A DNA stretch of 64,000 nt from the human T2T-CHM13v2.0 reference genome, Homo sapiens. Made by a program: the position numbers and the translations under genes. Under the pieces are notes generated by a model. That model ran no database searches, was not told the origin of the DNA, and saw only the letters and a list, made by a program, of their open reading frames with translations. Within the stretch, counting starts at the first letter, position 1; every line of letters begins with the position of its first letter. The stretch is taken from NCBI RefSeq assembly GCF_009914755.1, contig NC_060925.1. One strand, written 5' to 3'. Positions 32,397 to 47,384 of the stretch are shown here, in pieces.

Positions 32397-32588
32397 CAGG
32401 GTTTCTCACCCTCAACACTGCTGACTCTTGACACCAGATAATTCTTTGCTGTAGGAGGTCATTCTGTGCACCCACTAGATGCCAGGAGCAGTCCCCACCT
32501 CCCCAGTGTGACCAACAAAATGTCTCCAGATATGCCAAATGTTTCCTAGGTGTGGGGGGCAAAATTGCCCTCTGGTTGCAAACCACTG
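32397..32588 (-). mobile_element. MER20
   Basis: cagggtttctcaccctcaacact...cccactagatgcca...aaaatgtctccaga...aaccactg. Confidence 0.82.
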
Positions 32589-32799
32589 CTATCTGGAGTT
32601 TTGCCCAGGATAACCAGGAAGGGAGGAACTATGGCTCTAGCACAGAGACGCTGCAGAGGAGGGCTCAAAATCCCCAAACCTACATACAAGAGATCCCAGA
32701 AACAGTGAAGATGGCCGGCATGCTGAGCAAGAGGGGGCTTACCTAGCTCCTGCCAGTCGTGGCCAGGCAGAAATTGTGGTCCACCTTTTGGTGGATCCC

Positions 32800-32958
32800 A
32801 AGGCTTTCAAGAAAAGTCAGAAATCCTATCTTTTAAGTGAAATTTTCTGATTCTTAAATGTCGGCAACTAATGTGAATTGTTTAAAAAAACACTGTGGGA
32901 AAAACAAAATATGTCTGTGAGCCAAATGTGGGCTACTGGCTGCAAGTTTTGCAACCTT
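32800..32958. mobile_element. hAT-Charlie fragment (MER103-like); related copy about 34685-34835
   Basis: aagtcagaaatcc..ttttaagtgaaat..aaatgtcggcaacta..gagccaaatgtgg. Confidence 0.5.
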
Positions 32959-33864
32959 TCCTATAGACCAAGCTTCCATCCCGGAGGCATGGGCAGCTCA
33001 CACCACTCCTGAGCCCGCACAGTGCAGCAGTTTGAATCTGAGGCACCGTGAACAAGCTCCATGCCAGGCCTCTGAACCAGACAGACAGGCCCTGCCCATG
33101 TTGGCCACTTCAAGTCCCTTCTGAGGTCCAATGCCAAGAAATGAAAGGTTCTAAATTCCGAGGGAGAGAGAATATAGGAAACACCCCAGGACAGAGGTCA
33201 GGAAGCCTGAACCCTTGCCCAGCTCTGTACTGATTTGCTGTGGGCCTAAGCAATCACGTTCCCTCTCTAGGCTTCAGTTTCTCCCTCTGTTGAATGTTTG
33301 TAGGATGATGAAAGAGAAGTGAGATTGAATTCATGCTCTCTATGTCCCTGGGACTTGAACGAGCGAGCACTTCCTGTTGGCAGTCCAGGGCCCCAGCTAG
33401 CTTGCCCAGTGCCCAGGGGGCATCCTTGTCCTTAGACTGACCTGGGCAGGGAAACGCTGGCTCCACCTCCCAGCTCCGGCATCCTGCATTTCCGAGTGGG
33501 AAGTTTGGGTGGTCCCTGATGGACTCCTCCTCTGTGCAATGAGGTCATTAGGTGCCGGAAGCTGCTTCAGGTATGGAACCCACACCCTGTCACTGGGAGA
33601 GCCCACACCCTTGGCCCCTGCTGGCACTGATGGTGCAGCTCTGGAACGGTTCCCTAGCTAGGAGGTGCCCAGGGCCACAGGATGGCTCAGTGGGCAAGCC
33701 TGTACCTGACTGGTCTGGAATCCCTAGGACAGTTTCCCAGTGGGCTCTGCAGCTGGGAGGAGTCTTGCTGGAGATGATAGGAGTAGATGGGCTCTGGAAG
33801 ATTGTTCTATCTAAGACCCTAATTTATACATGGGAAAACTGAAGCCATGAAAGGGAAAAGCCTC

Positions 33865-34158
33865 GGCCAGGCACGGTGGCTCACGCCTGTAATCCAGCAC
33901 TTTGGGAGGCCGAGGCAGGTAGATCACCTGAGGTCAGGAGTTTGAGACCAGCCTGTCCAATATGATGGCACGTTATCTCTACTAAAAATACAAAAAATAG
34001 CTGGGTGTGGTGACGGGCACCTGTAATCCCAGCTACTTGGGAGGCTGAGGCAGGAGAATCACTTGAACCTGGGAGGCAGAGGTTGCAGTGATCACACAAC
34101 TGCACTCCAGCCTGGGTAACAGAGAGAGACTCCACCTCAAAAAAAAAAAAAAAAAAAA
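33865..34158 (+). mobile_element. AluS
   Basis: Full dimer with A tail. Confidence 0.9.
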
Positions 34159-34476
34159 GGAAAGGAAAAGGGTCTTCCCAGGGCCACCCAGCCAACAGAA
34201 CAAGCATCCACATCTCCTGACTCCCCGTCCAGTGCTCCTTCTAATCTGCCACATTGGGGTCTCCCAGTAGTGGGGACTGGTGAGATAACAGACAGAAAGA
34301 TGGACAGACCCAGGACATTGCCTTTCACTAATTGTGCCTGGAGCAGCCAGGGAGGTCACATACCTGGGTAAGGTAGCCAGAAGTAAGACAGTAGGGAGTG
34401 GAGGGGACCTACCACAGTGGGGGATGAGAGGATACGCTGTCACCATGTGGGATGGAATGGGGGTTTGATAATACCT

Positions 34477-34671
34477 CCCTCCCACCTCAGCCTCCCGAGT
34501 AGCTGAAATTACAGGTGCACGCCACCATGCCCAGCTAATTTTCATATTTTTTGTAGAGACAGGGTTTCACCATGTTGCCCAGGCTGGTCTCCAACTCCGG
34601 GGCTCAAGCAATCCTCCTGCCTTGGCCTCCCAAAGTGCTGGGATTATAGATGTGAACCACCATGCCCAGCC
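34477..34671 (-). mobile_element. AluJ-like, lacking its 3' end
   Basis: Left monomer, linker and part of the right monomer; no tail. Confidence 0.85.
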
Positions 34672-36057
34672 TAATTTTTTCAAAAAGGCCAGGTGGAAAC
34701 TAAAAATCTGAACTTTTGGTGTAAGTTATCCTAATGTTAAAATGTTGGCATCCGGTTTAAAAAAATTTTTTTACTGGAGTACTAAAAAAAGAAACCACAT
34801 TCACAGGCCAGATGCGGCTCCAAGGGCCACCAGAATGCAAGTCCTACTTCTCTCTTTTACCCTCGGTTTACTCCGTTTTAAAATGGGTATAAGAACAAAG
34901 CCCTTCTCTCATAGGGCAGGTGGGGGATGAAACGAGCCAATGCCAGTCATACTGACTGGCCCACAGTAAATGGTAGCTATTGTTCTTTCCTAAGACCTGA
35001 GACACTTGGCAAGATGCGGAGGGGCTGGAGTGATGGAAGGAGCTTGTTAAGGTTGGCACGGGCAACTGGGAGGCCCCGAGCTAGACTTGAGAATCTTTAG
35101 GAGTGTGTGCTTGTGGTGCGCCTGGCACTGTGGGCACAGAGCAAGTTTAAACCCCTGCCCATGCCTTGTGTTTCAGGGGGAGTTGGGATTAGGCTCACCC
35201 AGCGGCTCTTGGGGTTGTACTTTACCCCAGGACTCCCTGAGTACCCCTCCACTGGGCCCCTGATCTGGGAGAAACATTCCACTCCCAAAGGTCAAGTCTT
35301 TAAAAACAAAAAGAAGGCAGCGCCTTTCGCGTTTATCCAAACACATTTTTGCTTGTTTGTTTTAATGAGAAACTTCAGGGGGAAGATGCCAGTCCTTCCT
35401 ACGTATCTGTTCAACAAATCTGCCTCCCGAAACCAGTTCCAAAGATATTTAAATAACAATCCTGGGAAAAGAAGAATTTAGAACAAATTCTAATTAGTCC
35501 CATTGGGACTAGGGGCCATTACAGATTTCTGCCCTGAGAACCCAGAGACCAGGGCCTAAGGTGACTTTCTGATGTCCAGAGTACAGAACTCTCTGCCTTA
35601 CTGTCTGGGCTTGGCCCATGCTGGGGCCACTGAGGGCAAGGTAAGGCCCGTTCCCAACCTTGCTGGGCGTCTTTGTAGCCACCAAAGCCCCTAACCTGCC
35701 TGTGCAGGGGTGGTGGGGGCCCTGTGTGCTCTGCCTTGAGTTGGAGAAGCTAGGAGTCGCTCGGGCTGACGTGCCTGAGTTCTGGTGGGCGGGTAGACAG
35801 GCGGGCAGAGCCCATAATTATGGGGAAAGCAGCCGCAGGCGTGTGCAGACAGGCCTCCTGGAGCCCAGGCAGGTGGCCTCCTGACAAGGGAGGGCCTCTG
35901 CATTTGGACTCTGGGTGCAGAAGACCTTCAGGATGGAGGAGGGGATGTTACGTAATTCCGACACCACAGCCACTGAAAACGCGACCTTGCCACGCTCCAC
36001 TGCCTCCTTCCTCCCCACTCAGAGGGCATGAAGACCTAGCAGCCCTTCTGGGCAGGG

Positions 36058-36241
36058 CAGTGGCCCTCAGCTGTCACAGCAACAGGGTCACCTGGAGGGC
36101 TGTGGAAACAGACTGTTGGGCCTCGCCTCCTGGGTTTCTGATTCAGGAGGTCTGGGGTGGGGCCAAGAATTTGCATTTCTCCTCCATGCTCAGGAGAGAT
36201 GCTGCTGCAGCTGATCAGGGGCCACACTTTGAGAACCGCTG
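36058..36241. mobile_element. MER5A
   Basis: tcacctggagggc...tttctgattcaggaggtctggggtggggccaagaatttgcatttct...cacactttgagaaccgctg. Confidence 0.8.
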
Positions 36242-36847
36242 CCCTAGGGCTTACCTGATTAGTCCCCCTGGCCCTTGATTTGCTGTACCCCCCTGGGCAA
36301 GTGTCTGCCTCTCTGGGCTTTGCATTTCTCACCCACCAACAGGAGAAAAGCCAGCTTTGTCTTTGAACAACTAAACCCCCATCGGTGTTGGGATGCCTAA
36401 TTACTATTTGCCGGTAGCACAGAGATCTTCCCAGGAAAGGCCCAGGCACGACTACACAGGGGCTCTTACTCTATTGTTCCAACTTCCTTGTAGCCACTGA
36501 GGGAGATGAGTTTCTCTAGGAGAGATGGGCACTTTAAGCCTTAAAGGGACAGGCCTGGCCGGCATCCTTGGACCTCACCGCTGACCCAGCAAGAATCTGG
36601 AAGCAGTTCCCTAGCCTGCTCTTTGGGATCATTTTGTTGCCTTCGAGAATGGGTGGCAGGGGCTCCATCCCAGTCCCATTGATAATGGCATAATGGTTAA
36701 GAGAACAGGTTCTGGAGCCAGAACTTTCTAAGTTTGAATCTTAGCTCCACCTTATACTAGCTGTGTGATGTGGGGCAACCTGCTTAACCTCTCTGAACCT
36801 TGGATCCCTCATTGATAAAATGAGGATAGTAATAGCAATAGCACTTA

Positions 36848-37231
<384 letters not shown>

Positions 37232-37874
37232 CTACTATTAATAGCTCTTAACAATCATGATTATATATCTGTGCATTGATTAATTAAATGGTAACTTTTA
37301 AGTAAGGAGTCTCCAGCAGAGTGCCTGGCATAGAGGTGGCAGTGCTCAGTAAACAGTAACTGTTATTCTTTTCTTGGGCCCCTTGCTGGCCCCTGGCCCT
37401 CTGTGTCTCTCAAATCACACGCAGGAAATGGAGACACAGAGTCTGAAAATTGCAATGGTGAACATAGTGTCACGATTCCCAGAGCCAAGGGTCCCACTTG
37501 GGGAAGAAGAAGTTCCGCTAGTAGCCACCAGGGGCAGCAGAGGACACATCCTGCCCAGCAGCACTGCTGAGGGTTCCCTCTGAGTCCCCCCTCTTTATGA
37601 AGAATGAAGAGGTGACTGTTCCCCGCTGCCCACAGGCATGCATTCTCCATAACCCCTGATGTGGGAGGCAGTTTCGCAGAGGATACCCCTCAATTCTGAC
37701 AGACTCCCAACGCTGCCTTTTCCAGCCACATCACCTTGGATGAGTCCTTTTTGTCTCCCTAAACCTTCATTTTCTCATCTGGAACCTGGGGATAGGGTGG
37801 CTTGGCGGGTTGAATGAGCCGGAAAGCACAGTCCCTGGACTGATGTCAGTGCTCAGTAAATGACACCTATTGCC

Positions 37875-38468
<594 letters not shown>

Positions 38469-38621
38469 TATTCTTTTAATTCTCAATAAGCTGCAACATT
38501 TTAACTTTCTGCAGAAACTTTCCTACTTGAACTCTTCAAAAAGGGACTTAGAAAAGGTGAGATGTGGCCCCTGGATAAGGAAGGACTTTATTATTTTGTT
38601 ACAATTAAGAATCTAACTTGG

Positions 38622-38918
38622 GGCCCACTGTGGTGGCTCATACCTGTAATTCTAGTGCTTTGGGAGGCTAAGGTAGGAGGACCACTTAACGCCAGGAGTT
38701 TGCGGCAGCTTGGGCAACAGAGTGAGACCCTATATCTACAAAAAAAATTAAAAATTAGCTGGGCATGGTGGTGGCACACCTGTGGTCCTAGGTACTTGGG
38801 AGACTGAGGCAGAAGGATTGCTTGAGCCCAGGAGTTTGAGGCTGCATTGAGCCATCATCATACCACTGCATTCTAGGCTGGGTGACAAGCAAGACCTTGT
38901 CTCAAAAAAAAAAAAAAA
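38622..38918 (+). mobile_element. AluJ
   Basis: J diagnostics; TSD taacttggggc. Confidence 0.85.
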
Positions 38919-39825
38919 TTTAACTTGGGGCTCGTGACAGTCCAACAAGCAGGGCATGAAGGCAGCTCCACCTGACACCTTGAACTCCATGAAATGGCTT
39001 GAATGGCCTGTTCTGCCCGAGGACTGGGCTAAGCTCTGCCTCTAGGAGAAGCCCTTTGCAAGGCCCTGGAGGAGATCAGGATTTCTGCCAGGTCATTTGG
39101 GGACCTGGGAAAACCATCAAAGGGTATCAGTGAGCCCATGAAAGGCCCACAGAAGTCTCTAGCCTCGCCAGGACAGATGGCAGGGTGGACCCCGAGTAAA
39201 ATCCTCACCCCACCAAGGGCAAAGGTCTAAATAGGTTTGGGGAAAATCCAGCTCTAATCCTTCCCGATGCACCTGGGGTCCCAGAGTCCTGCTGGGATGG
39301 CCGAGGGAAGAAGAGGAGATCAGCACCATCCCTGCTGGTGGCCTCAGCAACAAAGGCGGCCCAGGGGCTGCCAAAGGGCTTCCAAGTCACTTTGGAGCCC
39401 CCAGGAGTGGACGGAGATGACAGTCTCCATAGAGATAGCAGGGAGTGTGTCCCGCTCAGAAGCCGTGGGCAGGTCACTCTGGCCTCCTCTGGGAATGTTT
39501 CACTAGCCCAGTTTTTGAGGATTTACCCTATGCCAGGCCCCATGCAGAGCTTTTTATGTGTGCCTCATCTCCTGAAGGCCCTTGCCACAGCCCGACAAGT
39601 AGTGACCATGATCATTTCCATTTTTACGGATGGAGAACCTGAGGATTCCAGGGATGAAATCATCTGTCTCAATCACACGCTAGTGATTTGCATCCTGGCC
39701 TCTCTGCTTCTAGAGACTGTGTCCCCAACTCACTGGGTGGGCAGCTTCCAAGATGACCCCAATGATCCTGCCTCCTGGTATCCACCTCAGTTTGTCTTCT
39801 CTCCTAGATTGGGGGTGAGATCTAA

Positions 39826-40168
<343 letters not shown>

Positions 40169-40363
40169 AAGATCTAGATGCACTTCTAATGAACAGAATA
40201 GGGAGAACAAGATGGGCTGTCCTGTCTGAGATTAGGCTGCAAAGAGACTGTGGCTTCCATCTCTTCTTGCACACCTTCTCTTCTCTTTCTTGGAGGCCTC
40301 TGTGGGAAGCAAGCTGCCATTCTGTGAGGAGATCTCACAGCCAATGAGGAACTGAGGTTCTCA

Positions 40364-40867
<504 letters not shown>

Positions 40868-41075
40868 CTAAGCCACACCTGGATTCCTGACCCATAGAAA
40901 CTATGAGATAATCAATCCCTATTGTTTTAAACCACTGAGTTTGGAGGTGATTTGTTATGCAGCAATAGGTAATATACTTCCCATCACTACCAGCGACACA
41001 CACACAAAACATACCCACGCAACTACCATGAGAAAGGATAAAAAAGAGCAAGTCAACTGCAGTGGGCAGAGCTAG

Positions 41076-41605
<530 letters not shown>

Positions 41606-41684
41606 TAAAGGTGTTTGGAGATAGTAACATGTTGGCTGGAAGATCTCAGTAAAACATCTTCTACAAATAGAAACATAAAAACAT

Positions 41685-42009
41685 TTGGGTCAATGATGGA
41701 TCGATCGCATATCTGATGATGGTCCCGTAAGATTATACTGTATTTTTACTGTAGTTTTTCTGTTGAGATATGTTTAGATATATAAAAACATACCATCGTG
41801 TTACAATTATCTACAGTATTCAGTACAGTGACATGTTGTACATAGGAGCAATAGACTATACCATATAGCCTAGGTGTGTAGTAGCTATCTCGTGTAGGTT
41901 GGGTAAGTACGCTTTATGATTGCACAATGACAAAATTGCCTACCAATGCATTTCCCAGAACGTCATTCTGCCTCTGTCCCTGTCCTTGTCATTAAGTGAT
42001 GCATGACTA
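41685..42009. mobile_element. Tigger3a-like (TcMar-Tigger)
   Basis: tggtcccgtaagattata...cagtattcagtacagt...taggagcaatagactataccatatagcctaggtgtgtagtag...ttaagtgatgcatgact. Confidence 0.8.
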
Positions 42010-42594
42010 TTTTAAAATCATAGCCAAATTGGGGGTGGGGGAAGGGAAAGAGTTCAGTGGGCTCAAATATTCAACTTTAAGCAGACACCAAACATAATGG
42101 GGTCTCTTAATACCATGTTTCTGGGTTTTGTTCCTTAAGCCAAATTTATCTTGTAGTCTTCTCCAGTGATCTAAAGGATGTTCCTCTGGGAACGAGGGGA
42201 TGCTCTGGATGGGACCTGCACTTTTTTCTGTCTGCAGCCTCTTTTCTGTTTTTTTTTTTTTTTTTTTTGGGTGGCGCCCTGTCCAGCCTGAGGTCAGGGT
42301 CATGGGGACCCTGTCTGGCCTCAGAGCCCAGAACCAGAGCAGCCTCCCCACCCCCTGTCTGGACTGCCCCTTTCCCCTCTGAAGTCACACTATGCCTCTG
42401 CTCTTTAAAATGAGTTGCCGGGAGGACTGGATGAGGACACCTCCTGCTGTCTTTCCGGACCCCCAAATCCCCCCTTCCTGCTGCCCCACGGAGGCTGGAC
42501 ACAGTGTGCCCTGGAGCAGGACAGAGTGAGCCAAGTTGTATCCAGCCTCAATTCCCAGCATCTCCCAGGGGGTCTGGGAAGGTCTCCTGGAAGT

Positions 42595-42745
42595 AGAACT
42601 GGCTACATAATTGGTAGGTCCCAATGTTCAAAAATAATTAAGAATTTCAAGGCAACAACAGTGGAGCATTCACCCAAGCTCGGGGCCCTTCTGAGCACGG
42701 GGCCCAGTGTGACCACACAGGTCACATGCCCAGAAGCTGGCTCTG
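42595..42745. mobile_element. MER91-like (hAT-Tip100)
   Basis: ggggcccttctgagcacggggccc..tgtgaccacacaggtcacatgccc. Confidence 0.6.
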
Positions 42746-43124
42746 CAAAGGGATCTCCTCTAAACCCCCAAGAGTTATCATTTGTGTGGGACCTGCCCAA
42801 GCCACTCAGGGCAGAAAATGGGTAGGTTAGTCCTTGACTCCAGGGTCTCCTGGTGGAGAACTGAGCAGAAACATCTCCTGGGCTCAGGGCATCCTCATAA
42901 ATGTACCTCAAGGTGTTTTTAATGTACCTCCCCACCCAAGACAGATGGGTTTCTGATAGGTTCCTAACTGCCACCGTGGCCACAGACTTGCCAGCTAGCA
43001 GAGTTGAGAGCAGGGAGAGTGAGGGGCTACAGCTGAGTAAGGGGGGCATGGGCAGCCTGGGAACCTCCAGAAAACTGGAGAAGCTGGACCCCACTGCCAT
43101 CTGCAGTCCTGGGCCTGAGCATGC

Positions 43125-43125
<1 letters not shown>

Positions 43126-43160
<35 letters not shown>
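43126..43160 (+). repeat. (CA)n microsatellite
   Basis: About 17 uninterrupted units. Confidence 0.97.
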
Positions 43161-43161
<1 letters not shown>

Positions 43162-43667
43162 TCACACAGAGCCACGGCCAAACTGCACTGAGTAAAAGTT
43201 ACAGAGGGAATTCCCCAGGGTTGTGGCCTTACGAAGCAGCTTGGATGACTGAAAAGTAACTAGGACGTATGTGCGCTTCAGGAGGTTGCAGAGGGACCAG
43301 TGACGGTAGCGGTGAAATGGTCCCTGGTGGCCAATGGGCTACATAAAGACTTTTAGATATGTTTACTTTCTTCTTCCTCCGTCTCCTCTTCCTCCCTTTT
43401 CTTCTTAAGTTTTAAAGAGTTGCTAATGTTTCAAATTTAGATTTCATGTAAAAATCCATATTCCTAGTAGTTCTAAACAAACAAAAAAAAGTAGAACATC
43501 TGACAACACTAAGACTACATTCCTGCCTGACAACAATCTACAGCCTCCTCTACAGGGGCCGGTGGCCTCATTTGCCACAGTCCCCACCAGCCTAATGTCT
43601 CTCTGATACCAAATCCAAGTGACAGGAGCTACATACTCATACTTGTGCTGGGTTTTGTTTATTGGGG

Positions 43668-43983
43668 TTTTTTTGTTGTTGTTCTTGTTTGTTTGTTTTT
43701 TGAGACCAGGTCTCACTCTGTCGCCTAGCCTGGAGTGTGCTGGCACAATCTCGGCTATCTGCAGCCTTCCCCTCCTAGGTTCAAGTGATTCTCCTGCCTC
43801 AGCCTCCTGAGTAGCTGGGATTACAGGTGTGTGCCACCACTCCCGGCTAATTTTTGTATTTTTAGTAGAGACGGGGTTTCACCATATTAGCCAGGCTGGT
43901 CTTGAACTCTTGACGTCAAGTCACCCACCCTCTTCGGCCTCCCAAAGTGCTGGGATTCCAGGCATGAGCCACCATGCCCAGCC
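43668..43983 (-). mobile_element. AluS
   Basis: Full dimer with (TTTG)-type tail. Confidence 0.9.
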
Positions 43984-44511
43984 AGGTGCTATTTTTTTCT
44001 TGTTATGGAGTTAAGAGGAAAGCACATGTCTCTATCAAAAGTATAATTCATGTACTTCCAGAAATACGTGAAAGACTATGTTTCTTTGCGGAAGTGAAAA
44101 GTCTTCCTAAGTGTTTAATATGCCAAGAGTGTTTAAGTCAAAATAATATAACATAAATGCCCTTATGAAATAAACCACAGTAGCCCCTGCTCAACCCAGC
44201 TCACTCATTTATGTTCCCAGGCAGGTCCCTGAAGGTAACTCAGACAGTCCTGGACCAGATTCTCCAGGATGCAGGGGCTGGCAAGGGCATTCCTAGCTTC
44301 TCCGCTCTCGGGTGCTCAGAGTGATCATTCTTTTGTTCTGCTCTGTCTGTTATCTCAGTAAAGGAGAGGAATTAGGGGATTCCCAGCATCTCTGGTCACT
44401 TGGTGTGGTGTCAGTTTCCTTCCTCCTGGAAAAGTGGTGTGGGTACTTTTCTTCCACAGCTGGGAGCACCCAGCACTTCCCATGCCACTCTGCCGTCCTC
44501 TGGCGCAGTTA

Positions 44512-44793
<282 letters not shown>

Positions 44794-45869
44794 CTAGACA
44801 GGGCAGGGGTTCTAAGGCAGCCTCCGCAGCTGGGCCAGTTTCCATCATTGGGAAGGTGAGGATGCGGGGGCGGGGGGAAGCTGGGAAGGCCATGATAGTT
44901 GGTGGCCAGGCCACTGTGGTTGCTGAGAGCCAGGGCTTCTGACCCATGGGCAGGAAACTGCTCCTAAAAGGTTTTGTAGACTTAAGGGAAAGTAATTAGG
45001 TTCTCACAGCTTGTTGGACAGCCATAGGCCAGTGACCTAGAAATTTGCACATCTCAGGCCTGGGCCAGTGGGAGCCTCAGATTATAGAGCCAAGCCTGGG
45101 CAGGGTAAGGTTGCTAGCATGCTGCCTACAAGGGGAGGCTGGGGGCTCCATGAGTGTGTGACTGACTCCTCACCTGGCTGTGTGGCCTCGGCTCCCGCGT
45201 GTCTACAACAGGGGGAAACTGGACCTGCCTCCTGGGGCTGTAAGGAGATAATTAGTCTTTCTAAACAGCATCGTAATCCCCAGATCAAAGGGGGCTCAGA
45301 GCTGCACACTTACTTCACAGGAGCACTGCCAGCCTGAACACCCACTCCAGCGGGTGGGTTCTGTTGTGCAGACCCTCCAAGGTGCCACTTCCTACAGGGT
45401 TTGCCTGGCCTTGTCACTGTTCCCCCACCCACTCCCAGGGTCCAGGCTCTGGCCTCCCCTGCCAATGGCTGCCATAGTTGGAGAGTTCATGGGCAGCACT
45501 GATAATGGACAGTGGGGAATTACTAATGCCTAACTCATAGATGGGGAAACTGAGGCTGGGGAAGTGAGGTGAAGTCACAGGGCCTCCCACCAGATCTCAG
45601 CCCCCTCGCGATCTCCCCCACCAGACGGTGGGTGCACTCAGCATTCCCCTCACTTAGAGGATGGCCGGTCACACGCAAAGATGAGCGAAGGAAAGGTCCC
45701 GGGGCTGCTCCCCTGCCCGCCCACTCCTTCTGACCTCTCCCGGTCAGCTGTGGGGACCTCGGCTCTCGGCAAGGCTGTCACAGGGTGTCAGGAGAGGAGA
45801 GAGACACAGCAAAGTGGGGTGCCAGGCAGAGGCCAGGGGCTTTCAAAGACCGGGGCTCGAGTTCCGTCA

Positions 45870-47000
45870 CAGCCACCCCTGTGACATGGGCCGTCTTTCT
45901 GACCCTCCGTGTCCCCGGGAATGACCGCGTCGGGGATGCACCGAGTGGCGGGGGCCGGGCGCACAACGGGGCGACGCGGCGGCGTTCCCCGGGCACTGGG
46001 GCCAGTCTGGGCGCCGCGGCGGGGCGGGGGCGGGGCGGGGGCGGGGCGAGCCTCGGCAGTCGCCAGCCCGGAAGGAGCGGGAGGAGGAGCCGCGGGACTG
46101 AGAGCCGTTCCCACGTGAGAGGCTCCGCGGCCGAATTCCTCGCGTGCAGCAGGCGCGGACCGCCCGGCGTCCGGCCGGACTGAGAGCCCTGGTCCGGCGC
46201 GCGCCGCCGGCCGGGCGGGAGGCGGGGGCGGGCTCGGCTGCGCCCCGATGCGGCGGCGACCTCCGGGTCTGTGAGCCCGGCGCGCGCCGTCGGAGCCCCT
46301 CGCGCAGCCGCTGGTAGCGTCCCCCCGGGCACCCGGCATGCGGGCGGCCGACTCGGGCTCGTGGGAGCGCGTCCGCCAGCTCGCGGCGCAGGGCGAGCCG
46401 GCGCCTTCCTGCGGGGCGGGGGCCGGGCCCGCGCGGCCCCCGGGACCCGCAGCCTGCGAGCAGTGCGTGGACGCGGCGGGGCCCGGCGATCGGCCCCGCG
46501 CCGGGGTTCCCCGGGTCCGAGCGGATGGCGACTGCAGCCAGCCCGGTAGGTGCGCGCGGGGCGGGGCGGGGCGGGCGGCGCGGACACAGGCCCAGGAGCC
46601 GCCGGGGCCGGGCGCGCGAGGGCGCTCGGAGCCGGGATCGGGAAGCCGCTGGTGGCAAAGTTCTCGCAGCGCGCGGAGCCCCGAGCCCCGGGCGGGTGCA
46701 GCGGGAGGCGTGCGGGACGCAGAGTGAGTTCCTCGGCGTGGGGACCGGGGCTCGGGGGCTGCACCGGGGGGCCAGGACCGCGCTTGCCGGAGCCAGGCGA
46801 TCCCGCGGCGCCTGGAGACCCAGCTCCGGGCTGGACCCCGCGTCTGCTGGGGGAAGCGTGGGAAAGGGGCCAGCCCTGCGCGAAGTTGGTTCGGCCCCCT
46901 GGGACCGCACCTGTGAGCCATGTGGCGGCCCCCGCGGAGTGCCGAGGGGAGCCCCCTTCACCGCCGCCCCTCCGAGGCGAAATTGATGCCTCGCATTTGC
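45870..47000. promoter_or_regulatory. KAZN: CpG island / TATA-less promoter of the KAZN B first exon
   Basis: Very high GC and CpG density, repeat-free; tandem GC boxes 46021-46046, CACGTG E-box 46112-46117, further GC boxes 46558-46575. Confidence 0.92.
46338..46545 (+). CDS. KAZN: Kazrin isoform B, coding part of first exon (69 aa + 1 nt, phase 1)
   Basis: ATG 46338 (ggcATGc) in a CpG island; translation MRAADSGSWERVRQLAAQGEPAPSCGAG...DGDCSQP; donor CCG|GTAGGT at 46545/46546. Peptide recognised from memory as the kazrin B N-terminus; the phase-1 G fits the following Val. Confidence 0.87.
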
Positions 47001-47384
47001 TAGGAGCGGAGAGATTGCTGCGTTTCTCATACACTTGAACTCCGAGTAATGCAGAAAGAGAAATTGCAGAGGTGGAGACACAAACGCAGTGATCTAATTG
47101 CGTTTGGTTGGCGAATCCGCCCCAAGTGGAGAACAGCGTTTTACTGTTAAAGTGTTCCCAGCGGGTGTGCCCGTTCCATCCCACTCAGGCCTGCGCTATC
47201 TCCCTTCCCCCTGCCCCTTCCCCCCAAGTTAGGGCATGGGGATGGGAGACAGGAACCCCTGCGTCATCTTGACTGGAGTAGGAAGAAACCTTAGAAGACG
47301 AAGGGCTTTTCTGAGAAGGGGCTGCCATCACCAGGTCCAAGTTCTGAATACTTTTTCCGGGAAAAACGGGAGGGGGAGGCACAA

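Noticed and set aside
46546-46727. C-terminal 60 aa of the 129-aa ORF
   Set aside because: Lies past the GTAGGT donor, so it is intronic read-through.
45778-47184. Long minus-strand ORFs (468, 404, 377 aa) and other overlapping plus-strand ORFs
   Set aside because: Open in nearly all frames because extreme GC removes stop codons; Pro/Arg/Ala/Gly low complexity with no recognisable domain.
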